A DNA stretch of 64,000 nucleotides from Mobula birostris (GCF_030028105.1 NC_092381.1:54214505-54278504), one strand, 5' to 3'. Shown: positions 24,174-37,037, numbered from the stretch's first letter. The notes: a model not told the origin generated them from the letters alone. Made by a program: numbers and translations.

Positions 24174-26423
24174 ATGCCCCTACATGGCACAGGTATTTTT
24201 ACAAATCCATATGCTATTGAAGTTCTACAGAGCAAGAAAAAAGAACTAGTAGCAGGGATTATCCACACTGATGATCTTCTAGACTGGTTGATTGAGAATC
24301 GTGTCATTTCACCAGGTAAAAGAATTGCAGTGTTGAATTACAGGACACGTGAGGAAATGAACGCCAGAGTCCTAGACATGTTGGTTTCTTGTGGTGAGAG
24401 AGCCTGCAGACTGTTCTTCTATCCTTGCCTCAAGCATGTTGAACCAGCTCTCTACAATTACATCAGAAGCTATGTCAGTAATGTGTCAAGCAGTTTTGGG
24501 GACGCCAAGAGACAGCTTGTGGGTTATCTTTTGGAGAGAGATAAGGATGAAATCCCTAAGAATACTTCAAAAAATGTAGGTAAGCCAGTGCAAAATGTGG
24601 CATCTAATAAGGAGCCACAGCAGAAATTACAGACGGCTGTTCAAACTCGACCAGTACACATTGAGCTAGCTCAGCTCTTTCAGATTGTAGCATCAGGAGA
24701 TCTATACAGTCTTGATAAAGCTATTGGACACAGTGACATTAATGATATAAATGCTTGTCATGAAACGCTGTTGCACATTGCAGCTGCCCATGGACATGTT
24801 AAGATCATTGAATATTTATTGAATAAAGGAGCAAAGCTAGAGGTAAAGGATAACAAGGGGCAATCACCTCTTCACCGGGCTGCAGAGAAAGGGCACACAG
24901 CAGCAGCCAAAGTCCTTCTTCAAGCTGCAGCACACAGCTATGCTTTGGATATAGAATCTAAAACTCCTCTACACTTAGCTTCCCAGAACAATTTTTTCTC
25001 TGTTGTGAAACTGATGTTGAAAGAAGAAGCTAAAAATTATAAAAGAAAGAAATCTTTTTTACACATGGCTGCTCTCAGAGATGAAAGTAAAATTGCAGAA
25101 ATTCTTCTCAAGTGTGGAGCTGCTGCAGACATTAAGGATGAAAACAACAGGACCCCACTAATTCACGCTGTCTCCCTGGGACATCTCAGTACTGTGAAGG
25201 TACTGCTCGAGGGAGGAGCCAAAGTTGATGTTGATATGATTGATGGAGCATTAAATAGTAATAACCAATCCCTGATTAGACTGATCTTGGAGTATGCCAC
25301 TGGGATTAGCCCTAATGTTCTAGTCAATGCACTCTTTAAAGCTGTTCAGAAAAATCAACACAGAACTATGGGTGTTCTGATTGAAAGGGGCATCGATATC
25401 AACACCAAAAATGAACTGCAATATACGCCTTTGCTGTTGGCAGCAGAGCTTGGGCATACAGAATCTGTCAAGGTCCTGATAACTAAAGGAGCTCATTTAA
25501 ATGAAAGGACCCCAAATATGAACAGTGCACTGCACCTTGCTGCTGAGACTGGGTCCCTTTCAGTTGCAAAGCTGCTGATTGATGAGGGGATGGATGTAAA
25601 TATTATCGGCTGCAGTGATCAAACACCTCTGCACTTTGCATCTTTTCATAATCAGCCACCGATGATAGAAGCTTTAATAAGAGCAGGTTCAAAGGTCAAT
25701 GCCATTGCTAAAGAAGCAATTACACCCTTGCACATTGCTTCGCAAAGAGGTAACCGAGAAACAGTGGAGTGTCTTCTTCAGAACAAGGCTGATGTGAATG
25801 CTAAAGACAGTTCGATGAGAACACCCTTGCACATGGCAGCTATAGTTGGAGATGCCTCCATCGCAGAGCTGCTTCTGTCAAGCCACGCTGATCCTAATAC
25901 AGTAAATAAGGAGAAGAAAACCCCACTCCATCTGGCTGCTAACGAAGGTCATTTGGACTTTGTATCAATGATGTTAAGCAGAAGGGCCAGATTTGCTGCA
26001 AAGGATATGGACGGGAATACGCCAATGCATTATGCAGCCAGCAAAAGTCATAGCGTTGTTGTCAAAGCACTTTTATTGGCTGGGAAAAATAAAAACATTG
26101 ATGCTAAGAATATTTGGCGCAAAACACCATTACATCTTGCAGCAGAACATAGCCACGAGGGATTGGTAGAATTATTGTTGGTCAGTGGAGCTTCTATTAA
26201 TGCCTTAGACAATGCCAAAGACACACCACTGCATTGTGCTTGCAAATCAGGCAACATTGGTACTGCCCGAAAATTAATCCACTGGTCTGATGGTGAAAAA
26301 CCCAAGTTTCACTCTACAAATAGCTTAAAGAAGACCCCTCTTCAAGTTGCAGAGAGCAGAGACACAGATAACCACCAACAGATAGCAATACTGCTGAGGA
26401 AAAAAATGATGTTAACTAGATAA
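24174..26423 (+). CDS. caiap: CARD- and ankyrin-repeat inflammasome adaptor protein (single coding exon, 749 aa)
   Basis: Uninterrupted ORF. N-terminal CARD-like helices (FTNPYAIEVLQSKKKELVAGIIHTDDLLDWLIENRVI...RVLDMLVSCGERACRLFFYPCLK) are followed by many ankyrin repeats (TPLHLAA...GH...V..LL..GA.VNA). Architecture and N-terminus recall zebrafish Caiap. First ATG is at 24174 (acaATGc); the track's start at 24102 is a TTG. Confidence 0.9.
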   Translation: MPLHGTGIFTNPYAIEVLQSKKKELVAGIIHTDDLLDWLIENRVISPGKRIAVLNYRTREEMNARVLDMLVSCGERACRLFFYPCLKHVEPALYNYIRSYVSNVSSSFGDAKRQLVGYLLERDKDEIPKNTSKNVGKPVQNVASNKEPQQKLQTAVQTRPVHIELAQLFQIVASGDLYSLDKAIGHSDINDINACHETLLHIAAAHGHVKIIEYLLNKGAKLEVKDNKGQSPLHRAAEKGHTAAAKVLLQAAAHSYALDIESKTPLHLASQNNFFSVVKLMLKEEAKNYKRKKSFLHMAALRDESKIAEILLKCGAAADIKDENNRTPLIHAVSLGHLSTVKVLLEGGAKVDVDMIDGALNSNNQSLIRLILEYATGISPNVLVNALFKAVQKNQHRTMGVLIERGIDINTKNELQYTPLLLAAELGHTESVKVLITKGAHLNERTPNMNSALHLAAETGSLSVAKLLIDEGMDVNIIGCSDQTPLHFASFHNQPPMIEALIRAGSKVNAIAKEAITPLHIASQRGNRETVECLLQNKADVNAKDSSMRTPLHMAAIVGDASIAELLLSSHADPNTVNKEKKTPLHLAANEGHLDFVSMMLSRRARFAAKDMDGNTPMHYAASKSHSVVVKALLLAGKNKNIDAKNIWRKTPLHLAAEHSHEGLVELLLVSGASINALDNAKDTPLHCACKSGNIGTARKLIHWSDGEKPKFHSTNSLKKTPLQVAESRDTDNHQQIAILLRKKMMLTR

Positions 26424-27745
26424 GAACAAATTCAATTTTACTGATGGCTTAATTGGCTAAGGCAGTGATTGGTGTGGCCTATAACATATCTAGTAGACCA
26501 GTACGGTTTTATTTTCCATTCCATTTTATGCTGAGTAACAAGCCTCAGCTAGATTTATTTGAAAAGTTTTAGTATTCTGAGGCTAATGGGGGAAGGGGGA
26601 AAGAATACAAAAGAGGAATTTATCTATTGTTTCTCTTTCTGATTGTTATCTGGCGACTCTTGTTCAAATGTTATCAGCATTTGATGAGGACTACATTAGA
26701 TTTAGGTATATTCTGCCTTTCCAACACAAGATTGAACAGCTGTCCACCATTTAACATCAAAATTCACAATTTACAAACTTATTTTGCATTGATTGCAATA
26801 GCATTTTCAGAGGAAGAGAGGAGCAAATGGGTAAAAACAGTTTGTCCTTATGCTCTACTATTCATTGTGGCTCAGCAGGTTATTACACATGTTCCATACT
26901 AATCTCTTTAAGTAAATATCTTCCATTTGAACAATTGTCTACAATTACACTGATCTGGTTGATACATAAAAAATGTGGCACATGTGGTTAATATTATTAT
27001 ACTGTGAAGACCTCTTGACTAATTCTGCTACTTACAAACTAACTATAATTTTTGTTCAGAAATAACTTCCTTTGTGATGGTTGCACTTACTGTTGGATTA
27101 ATTGTGTATCAAGGCTTTTATTTTTTACTCTGTTATGAAGATTATTACCATCCTGTTACTTTTTGAGTTTTACATAAATCTGGTTCCTGTCTATGCAACA
27201 GTAATAGTTCTTTTCTGTCTTTTTAAGAAAATGACATCAATCAAATAACTTCTACAAATGTTTAAATGTATACAGATAATAGTAAGGTTTAGAACACTAT
27301 TGTATAGTGTTTCTGACTGGAGATATATGTTGCAACTTCTTTAGTAAACTTTAATTTTATGCTGTAGTTCTAAAGCATATAAAATGTAGCAATTTCACTT
27401 CAGGTTTACCAAAAAGTCATCAAAGTAATCAGTTCAACACTGCTAGGATGACAAATAGTGTTTGAGTTTATTCTATCTCATCCACTAACCCCCGCTCCCC
27501 AGAATCTTCATATTTAACATGCTTAGAGCAGGTTTGAGCTACAGAAACAAGTAAACATCTTTTGAAGCATTGGCAAGGATAAAACATGGAATGAGGAAAA
27601 TCTGTCTAGCAAATCTATCTGTTTCTCACAATACACTGAAGACAATACATTTAAGTCTGAAAATGAAGTCTAAATTCTAAGAACATTGTCAAATATTTCC
27701 TAGCTCCTAAAGAATATCAAATGAAATTTTGAGTATTGATAACTG

Positions 27746-28400
27746 CAAATGGTCCTTCCAAGTGAGGTGAACCCTCACCTGTGAGTTATTGGGGTCATAT
27801 GCTGTGTCCAGTGCTCCCGATGTGGCCTCCTGTATATCAGTGAGACCCGATGTAGATTGGGAGACCGCTTTGCCAAGAACCGACGCTCTGTCCGCCAGAA
27901 AAAGTGAGATCTCCCATTTAATTCCACTTCTCATTCCCATTTCAATATGCCTTCCACTACCTTGATGAGGCCATACTCAGATTGGAGGAACAACACTTAT
28001 ATTCAATCTGGGTAGCCTCCAACCTGATGGCATGAATATCAATTTCTCATATTTCTGGTAGTTCATCCCTCCCCCCACCCCACCTCTCCTTCACCATTCC
28101 CCATTCCCTTTTCCCTCTCTCACCTTATCTCCTTTTCCGCCCATTGCCTTCCTCTGGTGCTCCTCCCCCCTTTTCTTTCTTCTATGCCTTTCTGTCCTAA
28201 TTTTTCACCTTGTGTTTCTCTCTCCACCCCACCACCTTTTAAATCTACTCAGCTTTTTTTCTCCAGTCCTTCCAAAGGGTCTCGGCCCGAAACATCGACT
28301 GTACTTTTTTCCATAGATGCCGGCTGGCCTGCTGAGTTCCTCCAGAATTTTGTGTGTGTTGGTTGGATCTTCAGCATCTGCAGATTTTCTCTTGTTTGTG
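27746..28400 (+). mobile_element. Penelope-like element 3' fragment
   Basis: Degraded GIY-YIG (CSRCGLLYISET..RLGDRF), pyrimidine tract and terminal repeat with decayed hammerhead. Confidence 0.8.
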
Positions 28401-30710
28401 AAAATAAGAGGCATCATTTAAAACCAAGGTGCTTATAAATTTCTTTTCTCAGAGGATAGAAAGTCTCTGGAATTCTCTGCTCCAGATTGGTGAAGCCAGA
28501 TCATACTTACCGTAGAAGTTGATAAACATTTGAAAGATGGAGTGATATTGGGAAACAGCAAAGTAGAAGAGCTGAGGTCGGCATAAAACAGCCATGGTTA
28601 AATATATTGAAAGGAAGACAGGTCCAAGGGGCTTGGTGGCCCTACTCACGCCGTTACTTTCTTGTCTTCTTGTGATACTACAGTAAAGACTGAAGTTCTA
28701 TTCATCAGATTATATTTGCAGGGTTTGAACAGATTAGTGGTTTCCATAATCCCGATCCTTTCTTTCTCATGACAAGGTGCTTATGTTTCAGATACTGATG
28801 TATACATGCAAAACGTATACCTTTCTCATGGTTTCAATTGAGTTCTTGTTCCCTGTTTATAACTTGCACCATTACCCCCAAGTTATAAACGATAATATAT
28901 TGCTTGGGAGAAGATAGATTGATCTTGCTACAAGGCTATACTTCAAATAGTTCAGTTTGAGTATTTTCTTTGCTTTCTATTGGAAACTTCATTAGTAAAT
29001 GCATATACTGGTGTGGTATGGATGGTGGATATCATGTTTTAGTTGACAAGTAATCATACCATTCCCTACTAAGTGCAATGTTTAAGGAGACTTGTACAGA
29101 AATATATTGTCTTAGGGAAAATGGACATAAGATATGTGAATGAGTTAAATTAATGCTAACTAAGAATGCAGGTTTTACAGAGACATACACAGGAGTGCAT
29201 AGAACCTGTCACTAAAATTAAATGTAATCAGGTTAATGGATGTCAGGCCTCTATGCTTCATGGTAAGGATTGCTCAGGTTAATCTTCTGGTGGTCACCTA
29301 ACATAGCCCACTCCAGGTACATCACAATTAAGTATGTGCAGTTTGCAGTGTGAAACCATAAAATGCCATTTATTGAGGGTCTGAATGATCTTCCAACATA
29401 AATTATGATGCAACTGTACAGACTTTCTTTTACAAATGTGACCAGACAATCTGATTGAAATCATGTCAGAAAAACTGGTTATTATAGTTAATAAAGTATT
29501 ATTAAACAACTTGTGTCCACTAATCCCAGATAGAATGGGCATGTTGCAAATCTGTTGGTTTTACTGTTGTTTACATACATCATAATGAAAGTCTGCAAAC
29601 TCAATATAATGTATTACTTGAAACAATGCAAGAAAACTGTGGAAATATTCATAAAAGGCAAATTTAACTATTAAAAATTCATTATTCTTTACCTGATACA
29701 ATGCTTTGTATTTGTATTTGTTCATGGCAGTAGTGTATGAATTTCTGTGGCTTTTCTCCTAGTCTTGACTGAGTGGAAGACCTAGAGAAATGAAAGCAAA
29801 CGTGGCAGTGCAAATAGATGTAGACTGAAATATCAAATGTCAAAGGAAGTTTGATATTTTGATAGAAGTAGTAGGGATTGGGGATTGGGGATAATGAACT
29901 GGTAGATTGATGGCTGATTGACAGATAGAAAGCAGAGAGTAAGGATAAATGTGTTATTTTCAGGTTGAAGGGCAACTCTAGTGCAGGGAAATTTACTGAG
30001 GCTCCTGCTTTTCACAATCTATATCAGTGATTTAGAAGATGGGGCCAAGTGTAAAAGATCCAAATTTGCTGGCAATACAAAGTAAGTTAACAGCATAGGT
30101 TGTGAGGAGAATGCTGAGAGGCTTGGCAGGGAGGGATAGAGATTGGTTATGTGAATAGGCAGGAACAAAGATTTAAAGGTGGCAAAGGCCAAAATTCTAC
30201 TTGGATGTATACTTCATATGTATGACCTGCAGGTCTACAGATCTGGCGCTGGATGGTCCATTTGTCATAAATGTTCTGCCATTACAGATATTTTAAGCAC
30301 CTGTTTCTCATTTTCGATCCCTGGCTTCATTCTTGGAGAACCATGTACTATTCTGGGAGATGCAGCCTCATTCTGGGAGTCCTCACCCAGTGCCAAGATC
30401 CTTTGCACATTCTGGGAAATTCATGGCTTCAGTCCAAGTGGACTGAGTTCTACAGCTGCACCATATACAGCACCATGCATCAATTATCAGTCTGCTTCAA
30501 GAGTGTCAAAATTAAGACAAGAGACTACAGATGCTGGAATCCAGAGCAGCACACGGACTGCTACAGGAACTCAGTGGGACAGTCACCGTTTTGGGATGAG
30601 AACCTTTTCTGGATTGAAGTCAACTTTGTGATTTGATGCTCTTCAGCAGCCTGTGGAACAACCGAGCCTGCGTCAATCTTAATCCACCGTCCACCCAACA
30701 AACACCCCAG

Positions 30711-30850
30711 CTCCCTCCTACGAGACATGACCGCACGTCACAGTCCGCCCAGCGCCCGCGCCTCCTCCCACGTGACACGACGTGCGTCATAGTCCGCCCA
30801 GTAACCGCTCCTCCTCCCACGTGACATGATGTGCGTCATTGTCCGCCCAA
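30711..30850. repeat. ~49-bp tandem repeat (about 3 copies) inside the promoter
   Basis: cctcctcccacgtgaca(c/t)ga(c/t)gtgcgtcat(a/t)gtccgccca at 30761 and 30810, with a diverged copy at 30711. Confidence 0.85.
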
Positions 30851-31020
30851 CACAGATCCCGCCCCCTCCCCTTCTCCGCAGACTCGGCCCAACGTCACAG
30901 CCAAATTTTTGATCGCGCGTCATATTACCGTTGTGGTTTTTACCCCTCTCCGTTCTGCCCAAGAGGCTTTCGGGAAACTGGAAGACCTGGTGGGGGAGGA
31001 ACGCCTTTGTAAACGCGACG

Positions 31021-31087
31021 ATGGCTCGCAATGAAGAGAAACAGCTGGGGAAACTGAATCGACTGTGGCTGCAGAGAGAGAAGGAGG
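31021..31087 (+). CDS. ISY1-like uncharacterised gene, exon 1 (MARNEEKQLGKLNRLWLQREKE)
   Basis: ATG in good Kozak context (gacgATGG) at the end of a CpG island; donor GTAGG at 31088, phase 1. Confidence 0.85.
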
Positions 31088-33039
31088 GTAGGAAACCTAC
31101 GTGAATACACGTTTCATTGTCTATAAGCGTGCTTGGAAACACCAGTGAGTTTGTCTGTGTGAGGAGAACCCCCGGATTGTAGCCACCGTCAGTGCTCCGC
31201 CGCCCGGAATGAATTGAATGCAGTGTGGCTTATTTCCCCAGTAGGATAACTGCAGGACTCATTTTAAATGGTTCTGCTTATGCAATCAAAATCTGGTTAA
31301 TATCATCGGTATATGTCGTGAAATTTGTTGTCTTTGCGGCAGCAATGCAAAACATAATAAAGACGTGTGTGTATGTGTATATATATTTAGTAGTAGTGAT
31401 TCTTAAATATTGGCAAGATAGATGCAGGGTTTTCCCTAGCTGATGAATTTAAGTAGTCGTTCATCTCAGAAATAGGTGTTTACTATTTAGGACTGGAACA
31501 AGGAGCAAGTTCTTAAAGGTCTAGCTGCAGAAATCTCAGGATGGTGTATGTCCAACGTGTTGTAAGGAGAGAGACTAAGGGATTTGACTGGGGTGGGGGA
31601 AGAATGGGTAGGTGATCTGTCAACAGTGAGAACACCTTTGCTGGTTCCCAGTAATGGGGTCCACATTGGCTAGGATGCAGCCCTGTGTCTCAGCATTGAG
31701 TGCCTGCTCCTGCCACCCAACACCAGTTCTCATGGGCAACAGCTGTACATTGCCTTTGTTGCTCGCTGTCCACCAAACCATTCATTTCATTGATCTGGGA
31801 GTTCCCTCAACTGGGTTCCAGGCATGACAGCACAAAACTGGGAAAGGCAGGGTTTTGTGATATGTTATCCACACTGCATTGCTGTCACAATCACAGCTCA
31901 CTATATAAAATGCCATAATGACCAGCTTTTGCAGCTAATTTCACACGTTCTTCTGTGCTAAGTGCATTGGAAATATCAAACACCCTTTGATGGTATAGCA
32001 TGAAAAGGTGTTGAGTGAGAAGATCAGGAATGGTCCTGTTGAGTGCAGATCAGTCTCAGGGAGTATTTGTATAAAAAATCTTTCCACAACTTTTTCATGA
32101 TAGGGACTATGCCATGGTTTTTCTATAACATTTCTTCATCGTCACATGATGCTGTCTTACATACACTGCACAACAAATGGATGAAGAGTTCTGTCTTTGA
32201 TTTCAAGTTAATGCTGGCCATCAGGTCACAATGAGACCATTCTCAGTCAGGCTTTCGGCTTCCAATTATTCTGTAAATTTCAGACCCACACTGAGTCTGC
32301 AATTCAGAGAATAGAAAGTCAAGTAAGCGAACTGTCAAAATTGAGCCCAACGGGTTCTGGATTTTTGCTACAGTTTCAGTGTTGTTCCAAATTTGATGAG
32401 AAGATAAATCCTGTTTTCTTAGAACCAATTTCTTCCTGTGCCTTATTCTCTCCTCCACTTAAATAATACAACATTTATAATCCAGATCAGGGCCAACGCA
32501 TTTGGCCTGTTGTATCCAGGTTATAGGTGTTCCACAACAACATTCATTTTCCAATTCACCAGTTCCGTTGCATTCTAGTTATTGATATTAGGCCAGTCAG
32601 GAAGAGACTGCTGAAAAGCTGCCCCAAGTGAGTCTTATGACCATATCTCTCCACACTGACTTAACATGGGCCTCTAGTTATCTTCTGTTACTATAGTAGC
32701 AACTTACTCCTCTGTCTGCTTGAGGTTTCTAGTGTTCATTGGTTCTTTTCCTATCACAATCAGATGACACTGTTGTTACGTTCATTTTTTTTCATCTCTC
32801 TAACCCTGAAACCCAGTAAATCTAGGAAGCTCCTCAATGAGAATGAGAGAATGTTATTTTGAAGCATTGTTCCATTTATTTCATGATGGTCTAACTTCTA
32901 GTTATGCTTACTTCACAGTATAATTGTGGCTGACAGCTTCTCAAAAATGCTCCTTTTTGTTGCATTCCTAGGGACCTACTTAAACAGTTGACCAACCTTG
33001 CATATGGAACCTCCAAATGTTTCTCAAAATCAAAAGGTG

Positions 33040-33750
33040 GAGGACCTCCGCTGCATCAACCAGAAGTGGAATTTCCCGGTGGCCAGCCATTTTAAATCTA
33101 TTCCCATTTTGTCATGTCAGTCTGTTGCCTCCTCTTTTGTCACAATGAGGCTGCTTTCAGGGTGTAGGAGTAACACCTCATATTCCGTATAAGTAGTGTC
33201 CAACCTGATGGAATGAATGTCAATTTCTGGTCATTCTCCCGCCCCCACCTCCCCACATACACAACCTTCTACTCCCTACTCTGGCCTCTTATCTTTTCTC
33301 CTCCCCTGCCTATCGCCTCCTGCTGGTGCCCCTCCTCTTTCCTTTTCTCTCATGGTCCACTCTCCTCTTTCATCTTTCCCCAGCCCTTTACCTTTCTCAC
33401 CCACCTATCAATTTCTAACTAGCCCTTCTTCCTCTCATTTTATTCTGGTGTTTTCCTCTTCCTTCTCAGTTCTGAAGAAGGGTCTCAGCCTGAAGCATTG
33501 GTTCATTTCCAGAGAAGCTGCCTGACATGCTGAGTTTCTCCAGTGTTTCGTGTGTGTTGCTTTGGATTTCCAACATCTACAGAATATCTTTTGTACACCT
33601 ATCGCCTAACTTGTTCTCTTTCCTCTTCTCCCTACCCCTTCTTACTCTGGCCTCTTCATCCTTCCTGATGAAGGGTCTCAGTCTAAGATGTCAACCGTTT
33701 ATTCATTTTCACAAATGCTGCCTGACCTCAGTTCCTCCGGTGTTTTTGAA
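33040..33750 (+). mobile_element. Penelope-like fragments
   Basis: PVASHF GIY-YIG remnant; two decayed terminal-repeat copies (ctgaagaagggtctc, ctgatgaagggtctc). Confidence 0.7.
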
Positions 33751-34156
33751 CAGTCTAGCACACAGTTATCTGTTCTGGGGTCGTTATTTTTAACCTTTCA
33801 ACTGCCACAGGCCTTAAAATTGTTTGAGATATCTGGTCTTTCTATTTTGGGTTCTAGCATTCTGAAACCATAACTTTTACTATCGGCAACAGTGCTTTTA
33901 GCTGTTTGAGGTCCAGTGTCTGGAATTCCATTCCCAAACCTCTGCTTCATCCCCCTCTAAAATGTAACACTTTGAATAACCTTTTAGTCATTCCTAGTAT
34001 CATAGTTTGACCCCTTGTCATATTTTGTTGCTATTGCTCTGTGAAGAAACTTTGAAAATTTTACATTTCCTAACTCTCTAACTACAAAATGTTGTCATCC
34101 AAAATTTATTCATATCTGACCATCCTTCATCTCTGTATTTTTTTTTTGTTCAATAG

Positions 34157-34197
34157 AGGGCCGTCTAAGAGAGATCCATCAAAATCGACCCAAACTG
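34157..34197 (+). CDS. ISY1-like gene, exon 2 (EGRLREIHQNRPKL)
   Basis: Poly-T tract plus caatag acceptor; donor GTGGGT; phases 1/0 fit the flanking exons. Confidence 0.8.
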
Positions 34198-34269
34198 GTG
34201 GGTATGCACAGCTATTTTTCAGTCTGCAGCATGTCATTTTAACTCTCCTACCCCCTCCTACATCAATTT

Positions 34270-34965
34270 GTGTGTCTGCCTTCTCCATTGCTATGAAGAG
34301 GCCAAATACAAACTGGAAGAACGTGTTACATTTGAGTATAGCTTACATCCAAATGGCATTTTACATTAACGAGAAAGTCTGCAGATGCTGGAGATCTAAC
34401 CAACATGCACAATGCTGGAGGAAGTCAGCGGGCCAAACAGCATCTGTGAGAAAAGAGTAAACAGTCAACATTTTAGGTTGAGACCCTTCATCAGGACTGG
34501 AAAAAAGATGGGAAGTTTGAGCAAGAAGGAGGGAGGGAAGGAAGATTTACAAGGTGGTAGGTGATAGATGTCATGAAATTTGTTTTTTTTTTGTGACAAC
34601 AGTACAGTGCAGTACAAAATTACTACAGTAGCCTCCTCCCTCACTACTTTTCAGGGCCCCAGACATTCCTTCCAGGTGATGCGAGACCTCGCCTGCGAGT
34701 CTGTTGGGGTCATCTACTGTATCTGGTCCTCCCATTATAGTCTCCTGTATATTGCTAAGACACAAAGTAAATGGAGAGACCGCTTCGCTGAGCACCTAGA
34801 GTCTGCCAGAAAAGCGGGATTTCCTGGTGGCCACCCATTTTAATCCTTCTTCAAATTCCGACATGCCAGTCCATGGCCTCCTCTACTGTTATGATGAAGC
34901 CACACTCGGGTTGGAGGAGCAATACCTTGTATTTTGTCTGGGTAGACTCCATCCTAATGGCATGA
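34270..34965. mobile_element. Penelope-like fragments in both orientations
   Basis: Inverted terminal repeat 34370-34570 followed by GIY-YIG remnant (CESVGVIYCIW...RDRFAEHL). Confidence 0.75.
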
Positions 34966-35172
34966 TGTGTTGTTGATCTAGTCTGAATTGACTGTTTTGA
35001 CTTTGTAATTTTCATTTCACTGAGAAAAACATTGTCAATGCAATCTAATCGATGATTTTATCTTTACCCTAAAACCAAGTACCTTCATACACCTTGAAAT
35101 GATTATTACATGGCAGCTTCAATTCAAGTATTTATGTTTTATAATTTGAATTATTTTTGTTTTTATTTGTAG

Positions 35173-35247
35173 TCTTCATTGAATTCGGCCATTGATGTGA
35201 AAAAATGGATTCCAAGTATCAAGTCTGAAATTGAGTATTACCTGCAG
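35173..35247 (+). CDS. ISY1-like gene, exon 3 (SSLNSAIDVKKWIPSIKSEIEYYLQ)
   Basis: ttttatttgtag acceptor; CAG|GTAAAT donor; 75 nt, phase 0/0. Confidence 0.85.
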
Positions 35248-35664
35248 GTAAATAATTCAGTTTCCAAAATAAAAGCTGCACAGACAAGTTAATATATTTC
35301 ACTACAGGCGGAAAAAAAAACAGTCTGAGCAAAATCACCTTTCATTTTTTCAGTGTGAAGTATATAAAGTTGTATTTGCACAATTCTTGAATATCTCTGT
35401 CTTGCTATGGAGTAATTAAATTAAAGATGCCATTGCATTTACTTGCCGAGGAAGTGGGTCATACTTTGTTGAACCTATTTACCCATGTATATTTACTCGT
35501 GTTGTAGAGTTCTGGATAAGAATGAATTGAAAATTTACAAAGTTAGTAGGCAGATCTTCCTGGGGTCTCCATTGCTCAGGATCGACCATGGATGTTGTAT
35601 CCCGGCTGTGTACGATTAGTTGATGTGCAACCTAAGGCAGTAAGAAGTGGAGGGTAAGCTCACA

Positions 35665-36445
35665 ACAAAATCTGCAGATGCTAAAAATCCAAAGCAACAC
35701 ACAAAAATGCTGGAGGAACTCAGCGGGCCAGGCAGCATCTATGGAAATAAGCAAACAGTCGACGTTTCAGTATTCAGTATTCTCCCCTTCAGGACTGGAA
35801 AGGAAGGGGAGAGGTCAGAGTAAGAAGTTAAGTTGGGGGGAGGGGAGAAAGAAATACAAGGTGGTAGGTGATGGGTGAAACCAGGAGGGGGATGGGTGAA
35901 GTAAAGAGCTGGGAAGTTGATTGGTGAAAGAGGTACAGGGCTGGAGGAGGGGGAGAGGGTAAAAGACCACAGAAGAAAGGGAAGCAGGAGGAGCACCAGA
36001 ATGAGATGATGGACAGGTGAGGAGATAAGGTGAGAGAGGGAATGGGAAATGGTGAGGGGGGGGTGTTAATTACCAGAACTTTGAGAAATTGATGTTTGTG
36101 CCATCAGGTTTTCGAGAAATCGATGTTCATGCGATCAGGTTTTTCAGGAAAATTGATGTTCATGTGATGTTCATCCCCTGTCCTCTCATTCTCCCCACTG
36201 ATCTCCCTCCTGGTACTTATCCTTGCAAACAGAAACAAGTGCCACACATGCTCCTACACCTCCTCCCTCACCATTCAGGGCCCCACCAGTCCTTCCAGGT
36301 GAGGTGACACTTGACCTGTGGGGCCATCTCCTGTATCTGGTGCTTTCGGTGTAGCCTCCTGTATGACAGTGAGACCCAATGTAGATTGGGAGATCGCTTC
36401 TCTGAGCATCTACACTCTGTCCTCCAGAAACAGCAGGATCTGTAC
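35665..36445. mobile_element. Penelope-like element with inverted terminal repeat
   Basis: Minus-oriented repeat 35665-36170, then plus-oriented RT-linker/GIY-YIG remnant (PPGTYPCK...C; RLGDRFSEHL). Confidence 0.78.
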
Positions 36446-37035
36446 CTGGACCAGCCTTCCTTATCCCTACCATCCATGGATCTATTCAAATTTCTCTTAA
36501 ATGTTGAAATTGACCCCGCATGCACCACTTGTGCTGGCAACTCATTCCACGTTCCCACCACCCTCTGAGTAGAGAAATTCCCTCTCATGTTCCACTTAAA
36601 TATTTCACCTTTCAACCTTAGTTTGTCTCACCCATCCTAAGTGGAAAAACCTTATTTATACATCTTATAATTTTGTATACCTCTTTCAAATCTCCCCTCA
36701 TTCTTTTACATTTTAAGGAATAAAGACCTAACTTATTCAATCTTTCCCTATAACTCTGGTCTTCAAGTCCCAGCACAAATTTTCTCTTCACTCTTTCAAT
36801 GTTATTTATCTTTTCTGTAGGTAGGTGAACAAAACTGGACACAGTACTCCATTTTAGGCCTCACCAGCATCTTATACAATTTCAACATAACATCCCAACT
36901 CCTGAACTCCATACACTGATTCATTTCAAAAGCTTTCATCATGACCCTGTGCCACTTTCAAGGAATCATGACTGTATCCCCAGATCCCTCTGTTCGACTG
37001 CACTCCTCAATGCCCTACTGCTCATCATGTAAGAC
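36445..37035 (-). mobile_element. CR1 LINE 3' fragment
   Basis: Minus strand SYRERLNKLGLYSL...RGDLKEVYKI; RGNFSTQRVVGTWNELP. Confidence 0.82.
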
Positions 37036-37037
37036 CT

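Larger units (their letters stand above)
30640..31210 (+). promoter_or_regulatory. CpG-island promoter of the ISY1-like gene
   Basis: Marked CpG enrichment; CACGTGAC E-boxes (30769, 30818), CGTCA half-CRE sites and CCGCCC GC boxes. Confidence 0.8.

Noticed and set aside
30179-30636. 150-aa and 121-aa ORFs upstream of the CpG island
   Set aside because: No recognisable domain or convincing splice context; the 3' part runs into a decayed repeat end
30711-30850. CRISPR-like repeat array
   Set aside because: Vertebrate DNA, contiguous tandem units without unique spacers, and no cas genes
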